A stretch of 22,885 bases of DNA from Bdellovibrionota bacterium (GTDB taxonomy: Bacteria; Bdellovibrionota_C; UBA2361; OMII01), in NCBI GenBank assembly GCA_044356215.1, contig JBIKWQ010000057.1:1-22885 (forward strand), read 5' to 3'. The notes beneath the pieces were generated by a model that saw only the letters and a list, made by a program, of their open reading frames with translations, searched no databases and was not told the origin of the DNA. Of the stretch, positions 10,241-17,778 are shown one piece after another (positions within the stretch are counted from its first letter, which is position 1; the number at the start of each line of letters is the position of its first letter). A program made the position numbers and the translations under genes.

Positions 10241-11677
10241 ATGACATCCATTATTTCGTTAAAATGGCCCTTCCGGGGCAGATCTATTAGTTTTCTCGGC
10301 ATTGGATTGTGCCTTCTCGTCTCAGCATGCTCTAGCGCCAGAGATGTCGCGCCAGGGACTGCGGGAGAGCTCCCCATACATTCTTCTTCGGAGGCTCGCT
10401 TTAAGCCCGACGTAAGCATCGAACAGTTGGAAGCTGAATCAAGTTTTCTCTCTGACCTTGATCAAGAGAGTCGCGCAGTTGAGTTTAGCAGACTTTGGTA
10501 TGAGCACGGGTCCTCGCTGGAACAGACATCCTACACCGGCGCTTTTTCAGCTTTCGCTAGGTCTGCTCACACAGCGATAGAGCCTCTTCTGGGAGATCGC
10601 TGTCGCAACCCTTTTCATCCGCCATGCGCGCAGCTCGATCTATCGTACAAGCGTGCTGTTGACGGGTTAGTTAGCCTTCTCGCGCGAAACGCATGGAGGC
10701 CCCCAGACCTCGGCAGAACGCGCTACGGCATAAACGCCGACACCGTTAAAGCGCTCGAAAAGCTGGGTGAATGGACGTTTACTAACGACACTTCACCTAT
10801 GGATCCAAAACTCATTAGGCCAGGCCTGGGACTTCCAACCGTCGCGTGCCGACCGTTAAAACAAAACAAAACTGCCTGCTCACCACTGACCTTCGTTGTC
10901 ACTTTCTCAACCCCTCTGTCATCAGAAACCTCGACTCTCTCGCTGCGGGCGTTTGACGCGTATCAGCAGGAGATCGTCACGATCGATTCGACTCAACTTC
11001 CGCTCGCGGCAGCCATCGATCAGACCGCGACAACTATTGGAAACTTAGCCCAAGCCAATCCTGGCCCAGCCCTGTACTGCTTAAGCCTCCCCACCGCTGA
11101 AACGGCGACAATAGTCACGGTAGTTGAGAATGCTGAGACTCTGTCCACCGTGAAGAATATATTAATACCTCTGCTTAAGGACGACGCATTACGACTTACT
11201 AGCTCATTCTGTGTTCACACTATCGGAGAATCCATCTCAGACAGCCGCACCGTTCGTAGTATTGTAGATTCTCTCCGCGCGTCTCATTCAGCTACAAACA
11301 ATGTCGGTATCGGCCCCTCTCCACGACTCCCCTTAAGAATAATCGCCATAGGAGAACGAGCAGTGAGGGTTGCAGTGTTACTTGCCAACCGCGCTAGCCG
11401 TCGCATAGGATCTAGAAATCGCCGAACCACCGTTGAGACTATCTTCAAAACTCATGGGATAATAACAATCGGCAGAAAACAGGTGATCAGCGGAGACGCG
11501 ATTACTACCGATTTTCCCACAATATCTTTTGAGGCGCCTTGTGACTCTCAGTGCTTATCTGGTGTAAAAAAGTCTCTGTATGATACAACCCCGGCGTTTC
11601 AGGAATCTTTCAAGCCTGTATCTCCCGAGCAGGAACCGACGGAAACTGAAGGATTGGATCTATCCCCGATTATATAG
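10241..11677 (+). CDS. Putative lipoprotein; degenerate alpha/beta-hydrolase-like protein
   Basis: From ATG 10241: basic N-region, hydrophobic core and lipobox LLVSA-C. Internal YKRAV, GLGLPTVA, PLTFVVTF, PLAAA and ALYCL segments resemble lipoprotein esterase/lipase-family proteins, but GxSxG is absent. Start uncertain (10154/10214/10241). Confidence 0.55.
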   Translation: MTSIISLKWPFRGRSISFLGIGLCLLVSACSSARDVAPGTAGELPIHSSSEARFKPDVSIEQLEAESSFLSDLDQESRAVEFSRLWYEHGSSLEQTSYTGAFSAFARSAHTAIEPLLGDRCRNPFHPPCAQLDLSYKRAVDGLVSLLARNAWRPPDLGRTRYGINADTVKALEKLGEWTFTNDTSPMDPKLIRPGLGLPTVACRPLKQNKTACSPLTFVVTFSTPLSSETSTLSLRAFDAYQQEIVTIDSTQLPLAAAIDQTATTIGNLAQANPGPALYCLSLPTAETATIVTVVENAETLSTVKNILIPLLKDDALRLTSSFCVHTIGESISDSRTVRSIVDSLRASHSATNNVGIGPSPRLPLRIIAIGERAVRVAVLLANRASRRIGSRNRRTTVETIFKTHGIITIGRKQVISGDAITTDFPTISFEAPCDSQCLSGVKKSLYDTTPAFQESFKPVSPEQEPTETEGLDLSPII

Positions 11678-11698
11678 GCAGTAACTTTGAGGAGCCAT

Positions 11699-12025
11699 AT
11701 GACAGCCGTGATCTACAACGTAACAGTAAATGTGTCCGATAACAGAGTTGACGAATGGCTCTCTTGGATGCGTCAGGAACACATTCCGGCGATGCTCAGC
11801 ACCGGGCTTTTCTCTAACGCCACATTGGTTAAAGTCATTGGTGTTGAACAGGGAGGCAAGACATTCGCCGTGCAATATCGCTCTGACTCGATGCAGGATT
11901 ATGAACGATATGAAGAGGAGCACGCGCAAAAAATCCAAGCTCGTTCAGCTGAGCTTTTTGGAGAGGACGCTCATTCCTTTCGAACTTTACTAGAGATTAT
12001 GGATTCATTCAGCGGCGCGCAGTAG
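11699..12025 (+). CDS. DUF4286 family protein
   Basis: VIYNVTVNV...EWLSWMRQEHIPAMLSTGLF...GGKTFAVQY...FRTLLE matches the family pattern. ATG 11699 follows GAGGAG (11689-11694). Confidence 0.85.
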   Translation: MTAVIYNVTVNVSDNRVDEWLSWMRQEHIPAMLSTGLFSNATLVKVIGVEQGGKTFAVQYRSDSMQDYERYEEEHAQKIQARSAELFGEDAHSFRTLLEIMDSFSGAQ

Positions 12026-12107
12026 ATCGAGGAAGCGAGTCAAAACCTCGATTACGCGGAGTTTTACCGCTCTTCCATAAATCACCATTTCTGATTAGGA
12101 TAACGGC

Positions 12108-13820
12108 ATGAAAACCGCGTTAATATCCAAACTAGCCGAAGCCACTAAGCTCCCCGTCGATGTAATCGAGAAGAACCTAACTCCAACAAAAGATACCAAG
12201 CACGGCGACTTCGCATTCCCCTGCTTCCTTCTAGCGAAAGATTGGGGTGCTCCACCTCCCGAGTGCGCCAAGAGGCTCGCTCAATCGCTAGCACTGCCTA
12301 GCGGATTCTCTAAGGCCGAGTGCATGGGGCCATATCTTAACTTCTTTCTAGACCGCGCTGAGTTCATCTCTAAGACAACACAAGAGGTCCTAACTAAAGG
12401 CGCGGCCTTCGGGAAGGGTGAGAACACGAGTACCATAGTAATTGATTTCTCCGCTCCAAATATCGCCAAGCCTTTTCATATCGGACACCTGCGTACAACG
12501 ATTATCGGATACTGCCTTGGTAACCTGCTAAGACACCTTGGCCACAATGTAGTTGGGGTCAACCACCTCGGAGACTGGGGAACTCAGTTCGGTTTCGTTT
12601 ACGCTGGTTGCAAGCTCTTTGGTAAGCCCAGCGATGATATGAACGAGCTGGTAGGTCGGTATGTTCAAGCTAACATGATCCGCAAAGCACAGGACAAAGG
12701 AGAACAGCTCGATCAGCCAAATGTAAATGAGATAGCTCGTGATTATTTTCGCCGCTTAGAGGCTGGTGAGGCTGAGGCGAAGGAATTTTGGCAGTGGAGC
12801 CTCGATGTGTCCCTCCGCTATTACCATAAAACATACGACCGCATGGGAATCCACTTTGACTCCTTCGCGGGAGAGTCGTTCTATTTCCAGTTTTTTGATG
12901 AGTGCGTCGCAACACTCAAAAAATCAGGTATACTCGAAGACTCTCGTGGCGCATTGGGAGTCGACCTGGGAGAGCCTCTCGGGTTCGCCAGACTTCTGAC
13001 CGAAGATGGCAGAACTCTCTACCTTACGCGAGATGTGATAACGGCGGACTATCGCGAAAAAACTTATCACCCGGAGAAGATCATCTACGTAGTAGGCGCT
13101 CCGCAGACCCTCCATTTCAAACAGCTTAAAGAGATCATGCGGCGCTTGAACCACCCAGCGGCTGATAAGATTAATCACATTCCATACGGCCACGTCCCAG
13201 GAATTAGCACGCGGAAGTTGATGGCTGATGCTGGGGATCTATCCCTGGACGGCCTACTTGATGACGCTCACGATAGAGCAAGAGAGGCTTATCAGTCGGA
13301 GGTATCAAAGCGCCCTGAGGGAGTAGATGTCGAGGATGTTGCTGAGGCCGTAGGCTTAGGAGCTATCTACTTTAACTATCTCTGCAGAACTAACAACAAA
13401 GAGTTTCACTTTAATTGGGATGAGGCTCTTAATTTCAAGGGCGATACAGGGCCGTATCTGATGTACGCGGTTGCTCGCCTACACAGCATGGAGGAGCGCG
13501 CTAATTCTGAAGGGATCGTTGTAGCGACTCAAGCGGACGGATCTAAATTAACCGAGTCAGAGGCCTGGGAGATAGCTTCGCTGCTGATGAAGTTCCCCGC
13601 TGTGCTGAAAAAGACAGCCGAGGATCTCGAGCCGTGCAACATCTGCAACTACGCTCTGGATCTCGCCAAGGCTATCTCTCGAGCTTATGTAAAGCTCCGG
13701 GTGCTTGGCGAATCAGACAAAGAGGTAGCAGCAGCGCGATTAGGTTTATACGTCTCTGCGCGTACGGTATTGTCATCGGCGCTGAAGATTCTTGGTTTGA
13801 AGCCGTTGAGTCGGATGTAG
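12108..13820 (+). CDS. argS: Arginine--tRNA ligase
   Basis: HGDFAFPCF, GPYLNFF, DFSAPNIAKPFHIGHLRTT (HIGH), NHLGDWGTQFG, GESFY, ISTRK (KMSKS equivalent), FKGDTGPYLMYAVAR, DALR-type C-terminus. Confidence 0.98.
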   Translation: MKTALISKLAEATKLPVDVIEKNLTPTKDTKHGDFAFPCFLLAKDWGAPPPECAKRLAQSLALPSGFSKAECMGPYLNFFLDRAEFISKTTQEVLTKGAAFGKGENTSTIVIDFSAPNIAKPFHIGHLRTTIIGYCLGNLLRHLGHNVVGVNHLGDWGTQFGFVYAGCKLFGKPSDDMNELVGRYVQANMIRKAQDKGEQLDQPNVNEIARDYFRRLEAGEAEAKEFWQWSLDVSLRYYHKTYDRMGIHFDSFAGESFYFQFFDECVATLKKSGILEDSRGALGVDLGEPLGFARLLTEDGRTLYLTRDVITADYREKTYHPEKIIYVVGAPQTLHFKQLKEIMRRLNHPAADKINHIPYGHVPGISTRKLMADAGDLSLDGLLDDAHDRAREAYQSEVSKRPEGVDVEDVAEAVGLGAIYFNYLCRTNNKEFHFNWDEALNFKGDTGPYLMYAVARLHSMEERANSEGIVVATQADGSKLTESEAWEIASLLMKFPAVLKKTAEDLEPCNICNYALDLAKAISRAYVKLRVLGESDKEVAAARLGLYVSARTVLSSALKILGLKPLSRM

Positions 13821-13830
13821 AAGTGATGTG

Positions 13831-13983
13831 CACAAAGAGATAGGACTAGCGGGGAGATCCTAGTAGCTCCTCTCCTCGCTGTCCTCGTCGCTCTCTTTGT
13901 GAACAAAACTGCCGCGGCTACTTATTTTTACAACAAAGAGAGCAGCGAGACCGAAAAAGAGGAGGAAATCATAGCCTCCTCTT
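13831..13983. repeat. REP/BIME-like cluster of alternately oriented purine-rich arms; probably also the argS 3' hairpin
   Basis: Hairpin 13831-13901: CACAAAGAGA pairs with TCTCTTTGTG, and inner AGGACTAGCGGGGAGA pairs imperfectly with TCTCCTCGCTGTCCT. A third arm at 13923-13970 (TATTTTTACAACAAAGAGAGCAGCGAGACC...) can also pair with the right arm. Small hairpin AAGAGGAGG/CCTCCTCTT abuts the MITE. Confidence 0.7.
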
Positions 13984-14146
13984 AGGGCGTCGCAGTTTTT
14001 TATCACCACAGAGGACGCAGAGGACACAGAGAATAGGCCATTTTATTGGCAATTATGGAGTTTTCTCTGTGTCCTCTGCGGCCTCTGTGGTAAAGATATT
14101 TCACGAATTATACCAGCAGCTTACCAAAAAACACTGCGCCCCCCTA
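13983..14146. mobile_element. MITE-like non-autonomous element, copy 1 (164 bp)
   Basis: TIRs TAGGGCGTCGCAGT / ACTGCGCCCCCCTA (12/14). Internal inverted repeat 14005-14033 / 14063-14091 (28/29 paired, 29-nt loop). About 91% identical (12 mismatches, 2 indels by hand) to the reverse complement of 22697-22858. No clean TSD. Confidence 0.8.
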
Positions 14147-14277
14147 CTAGCTTTGGACCTCTTTAAGGCAACACCGGTTCGCCGGGTATATGTTAAGAAT
14201 CTCGATAGGTATAAAATAATTTAGGGCTGAAACTCAGCTCTGTTGGTCAATACACTCAGCTAGTTAGAGAGAGCGAC

Positions 14278-14979
14278 ATGTTTAAGTTGGATCCAGAGAA
14301 AGTACTACCAGGGCAAGAAGATTTTCGAGAATCGATTCGTGTTGGAGGGGTCAGCAATCATGACCTTCGTTTCTTAGAGGGGAAATTTCTGGTACCAGCC
14401 GGCATAACGCCACCGCACGAAGATAGTCTAGCTCTTTTGGGCAGTATTCCTGATTGCACCGACAAGGACTGTCTCGATATTGGTTGCGGCACAGGGTCTA
14501 TAGGGATATTGCTCGCCCTGAGAGGCGCAAAAAGCGTTGTTGGACTCGACTGGGATCCGAAGGCAGTTCTGAGTGCCCAGCATAATGCGCAACTAAATGG
14601 CGTATCGGAGCGCTATCGGTCGATACTATCTGACGTATACGATGGTCTGCCGGCCGGTTCGAAGTTCGATGTCATCACGGCGAACTTACCATTCGTTAAA
14701 ATTTCAACTGAGACACCCTTAGACTTTGTAGACTTGTCATTCGTTGACACTAACTTTCAGTCAAACAAAATGTTTATAAAAGGACTAAAAGACCATCTCA
14801 AACCAGGCGGCAGCGTCTATTTTGCTCAATCAAATTTTGGTAACTACGAAGATATGACAGCGATGGCGGATGCGTGTGGATTTGATTGGGAAGTGATAGG
14901 GTTGCGGCCTTTTAAAGAGGTTAATCCAGACATCAACTTTTTGGCATTTAAACTAACTCCTAGGCCAGATGCGCCATAG
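14278..14979 (+). CDS. Class I SAM-dependent methyltransferase (HemK/PrmC-like small methyltransferase), substrate unknown
   Basis: CLDIGCGTGSIG (motif I), VVGLDWDP, SDVYD, FDVITANLPF (NPPY/F-like motif IV), HLKPGG. Confidence 0.88.
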   Translation: MFKLDPEKVLPGQEDFRESIRVGGVSNHDLRFLEGKFLVPAGITPPHEDSLALLGSIPDCTDKDCLDIGCGTGSIGILLALRGAKSVVGLDWDPKAVLSAQHNAQLNGVSERYRSILSDVYDGLPAGSKFDVITANLPFVKISTETPLDFVDLSFVDTNFQSNKMFIKGLKDHLKPGGSVYFAQSNFGNYEDMTAMADACGFDWEVIGLRPFKEVNPDINFLAFKLTPRPDAP

Positions 14980-14987
14980 AACCGAAA

Positions 14988-15180
14988 TGCGTACCTCCGC
15001 GACCGCTGCGGTAGAAAATAATTCGGACTCTTTTTAGTTTTAAACAACAACGAGCACAGCGAGATAAAAGAGAGCGAAATCTTCTCTTCCTGCCCCTCGC
15101 CGTGCTCTTTCTAAAATAGACACTCCACAAGTAATTATTTTTAAACAACGATCACCGCGAGACAAAAGAGAGTAAAACTC
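14988..15180. repeat. Second REP/BIME-like hairpin cluster, between the convergent methyltransferase and TolC genes
   Basis: 14988-15013 is a degenerate reverse-strand half of the MITE arm (ACCGCAGCGGTCGCGGAGG). Hairpin GAGCACAGCGAG (15052-15063) / CTCGCCGTGCTC (15096-15107). Direct-repeat arms TTTTAAACAAC..GCGAGAYAAAAGAGAG at ~15038-15081 and 15136-15180 resemble 13923-13970. Confidence 0.7.
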
Positions 15181-15197
15181 CCGCTCTTTCTCCGCCC

Positions 15198-16649
15198 CTA
15201 CTTATCTCCCTGCTTCTGAATCCTCGCTATCGCGGCTTCAAAGGCAGCGCAGGCTTTCTGATAGTCCTGCAACGCCTCTACCTCGCGGACCTCAGCGTCA
15301 GCGGCGTTTTGCTCGCGCAGATTTACAAAAATGAGATTACTGTCACCTAGATTGAAACGCTTCAACTCCCCACTCGCTAGATCGCGCGAAGCTTTTACCT
15401 CGTTCACAGCGACATCAACTCTCTGCCTCGCTACATCAACCCCATTTAAGGCATCCTGCACATCGGCTCTAATCCTCTCTTTTAAGAAGGTCTCCGTAAA
15501 TTCAAGCTTACGCTGCTTCGCCTCAAAGAAATCTATCCGGCCCTCCTGCGTTCTGGTCCGTAGTGGGATCTCAACCCTTAGTCCCCCTTTTAACTCAGCC
15601 TCCTCGCGCTTTTCATCTCCGGTACCGTAATCTTTCGCTGAATAAACGCGTAGGTCTAGCCTTGGCAATATCTGGTTCTTAGCTAAGCGAAGCTCCAACT
15701 CATTCTGTTTTCTCTGGCCATCTATCGCTTTAAATTCAGGACGGGATCCTAGGGCCTCTTCAAGAGGCGCGTCAATCGATCGGACCGAGGCGAACATCGG
15801 GATAGGGATCCTATTTGGAGAGTTAAGCGGACTGACATCGGTTGGCTTGCCAGCGGCATCCCGATAAAAGAGCCCCAAATTAAACTCCGAGCTCCTAACC
15901 GCTCTCTCCGCGCTTAAAAGTTGCGAGCGTCGCTGTAAAACCGCTCTTTGATTATCTGTTCGATCGAACTCTGGAAGATCGCCCTTCTTTACTCGCTCCG
16001 CTATCTGCCTGTCGCGCTCAAGCGCTACATCTAAGAGCCTCTTGTAAACCTTTGCTTTATTGCGCGCCGCCACCCAGTCCCAGTAAGTGAACGCCGCCGC
16101 TCGCGCCAGTTCGATCCGTCTCAACTCTACCATCGAGTCGGCGATCGTCTGACCCGCCTCAGACCGGCCGATATTCGCCCTTCTCCGATCTATTGGCCCA
16201 TCTCGCAAAAGTGGAACTTCAACACCGAACTGCGCCTCTCCCTGAGAGTTAGTCGAGTAGTAGTTATCGTAGATCGGAAACGTCCCGTCACCTATGCGAT
16301 AACCACCAACTATCTTGCTGCCATAAAATTCCAGAGGCTGCTCAACGTAAGCGCCGCCGTAATTACCATCGTAACCACCCGTCGCATAGGACAACCCTTC
16401 ACCCTTAATACTCGGGTCGAATGCGCCTCGAGCTGACAACAGGTCAGCGTCAGCCGCGACTCTCTCTTGCATCTCCCCCTTTAGGCTTGGGTGATGCTCA
16501 AGTGTGGCCGCTATAACTTTGTCGATTGTTAGCACATGGACTCCAGCGTCTTTTTTATCAACTTTAGGCGCGGCAAAGCACAATGACGAGCTCGCCATTG
16601 CCAAAAACACCGCGGTCCATATGACTCTAACAGACGGCCAAAGCCTCAT
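15198..16649 (-). CDS. TolC-family outer-membrane efflux/secretion channel
   Basis: Signal peptide; ARGAFDP, VPLLRDG, AAFTYWDWVAA, KNQILPRLDL, ELKRFNLGDSNLIFVNLRE motifs; last gene of the ABC-MFP-OMF operon; GAGGAG SD. Confidence 0.92.
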   Translation of the reverse strand: MRLWPSVRVIWTAVFLAMASSSLCFAAPKVDKKDAGVHVLTIDKVIAATLEHHPSLKGEMQERVAADADLLSARGAFDPSIKGEGLSYATGGYDGNYGGAYVEQPLEFYGSKIVGGYRIGDGTFPIYDNYYSTNSQGEAQFGVEVPLLRDGPIDRRRANIGRSEAGQTIADSMVELRRIELARAAAFTYWDWVAARNKAKVYKRLLDVALERDRQIAERVKKGDLPEFDRTDNQRAVLQRRSQLLSAERAVRSSEFNLGLFYRDAAGKPTDVSPLNSPNRIPIPMFASVRSIDAPLEEALGSRPEFKAIDGQRKQNELELRLAKNQILPRLDLRVYSAKDYGTGDEKREEAELKGGLRVEIPLRTRTQEGRIDFFEAKQRKLEFTETFLKERIRADVQDALNGVDVARQRVDVAVNEVKASRDLASGELKRFNLGDSNLIFVNLREQNAADAEVREVEALQDYQKACAAFEAAIARIQKQGDK

Positions 16650-16659
16650 CGAAAACTCC

Positions 16660-17769
16660 TCACTTCTTGCTTTGTGCCTGAGTTGAGACTACCGATGGCG
16701 GAGCCATCTCAATAGTTGGCGGAAATCCGTTGAACTGTCTCCACAACTCCCAACCGAGTCTTACGCTATCGAGAAGAATCCAACCAACTACGCGTACCCC
16801 CTGCCTAAGATACCGCGCGTCTGGCCATTCCGCGCCAGGCTCCGGAAAAACTATGATCCTTACGTTCCCTTCAGGATCGGCTCCGGGATCGATTACAGCG
16901 ATCTCTCCGCCGAACGTTCCAATTGCCACTGACGGCCATCCTGTGAACTGGAGCGCCGGCCATCCTTCAAACTGCAGCCTCACCTTGCGCCCAACAGAGA
17001 GTAATGGCGTGTCATTACCGCTGACTTTGAGCTCAACAGATCTATTGGCGGTCTGCGGAACAATCAAAGCCAGATCCTGTCCTGCTTTGACCATTACTCC
17101 ACCTTGAGGGGCAAAAATACGTTGAACTATACCGTCGCGGGGCGCTGTAATCGACTGTGACGCCTGACGAGCAATTCGAGTCTCTATTCGGGCCAACTCA
17201 GCTGACGCCGATGAAATATCAGATAGGTATTTGGCGTACTCAAGCTCGGCTAATTCCGCCGCACGTTGGCTACTCAGACCACTTACAACAAGCGATTTCT
17301 GTCTCTCAAGGTTTTTGCGAGATGTATCCAAGGCTTTTTGGGACGCGTCTAGCTTAGTCTGAGTTGCCTCTCGCTCACGCTCAAGGCGGTTCATGATATC
17401 CGGATCCATATCAGCGACATCAACGATACTGTCACCTTTCTTGACTAAGGTACCTTCCTGTACAAACCATTGCTTGATAAGTCCATCTACCGGAGAATTT
17501 ATACTTTGCTGTCTCTCATCAGGAGAATAAGCGATAACACGACCAACACCTTGAACGTTCTGCACCCAAGGAACAAAAATCAGCGCGGCTATCAAACCAA
17601 GCAGCGCTGAGAAGAGAATTCCAGCCGCGACCCGTAGACTTTGATGCGAGCGCACCTTCCTCGGCGATACAACACGCGAGCGCGTTGAACGGAGGATCTC
17701 CTCGGTTGTCGCGTATTCGGTCTGCCCTCCTTGACTCAATGCTCTATCTAATGCTGTTTGATCTCCCAT
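16660..17769 (-). CDS. HlyD-family membrane fusion (periplasmic adaptor) protein
   Basis: Single N-terminal TM; PWVQNVQGVGRV, INSPVDGLIKQWFVQEGTLVKKGD lipoyl half-motif, coiled coil, ITAPRDG, VRLQFEGWPALQFTGWP. Confidence 0.93.
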   Translation of the reverse strand: MGDQTALDRALSQGGQTEYATTEEILRSTRSRVVSPRKVRSHQSLRVAAGILFSALLGLIAALIFVPWVQNVQGVGRVIAYSPDERQQSINSPVDGLIKQWFVQEGTLVKKGDSIVDVADMDPDIMNRLEREREATQTKLDASQKALDTSRKNLERQKSLVVSGLSSQRAAELAELEYAKYLSDISSASAELARIETRIARQASQSITAPRDGIVQRIFAPQGGVMVKAGQDLALIVPQTANRSVELKVSGNDTPLLSVGRKVRLQFEGWPALQFTGWPSVAIGTFGGEIAVIDPGADPEGNVRIIVFPEPGAEWPDARYLRQGVRVVGWILLDSVRLGWELWRQFNGFPPTIEMAPPSVVSTQAQSKK

Positions 17770-17778
17770 AGCCGCGCC

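Noticed and set aside
12026..12070. Hairpin ATCGAGG/CCTCGAT before argS, as a terminator or T-box leader
   Set aside because: No U-tract, 13-nt loop, and the 82-bp gap is too short for a T-box.
14223..14261. Hairpin AGGGCTGA-AAC-TCAGCTCT with a second CTCAGCT upstream of the methyltransferase, as a possible SAM/SAH riboswitch
   Set aside because: Does not match any SAM or SAH riboswitch consensus I can recognise, and is too short to support a call without an Rfam search.
13634..15148. Small ORFs 13634-13843, 13685-13906, 14844-15050 and 14960-15148 as peptide substrates for the methyltransferase or exporter
   Set aside because: They overlap argS, the methyltransferase or the hairpin repeats, mostly use non-ATG starts, and show no leader-peptide features.
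13831..15180. CRISPR array or integron attC cassette array
   Set aside because: Repeats are degenerate, alternately oriented and irregularly spaced; no cas or intI gene, and I found no convincing RYYYAAC...GTTRRRY boundaries.
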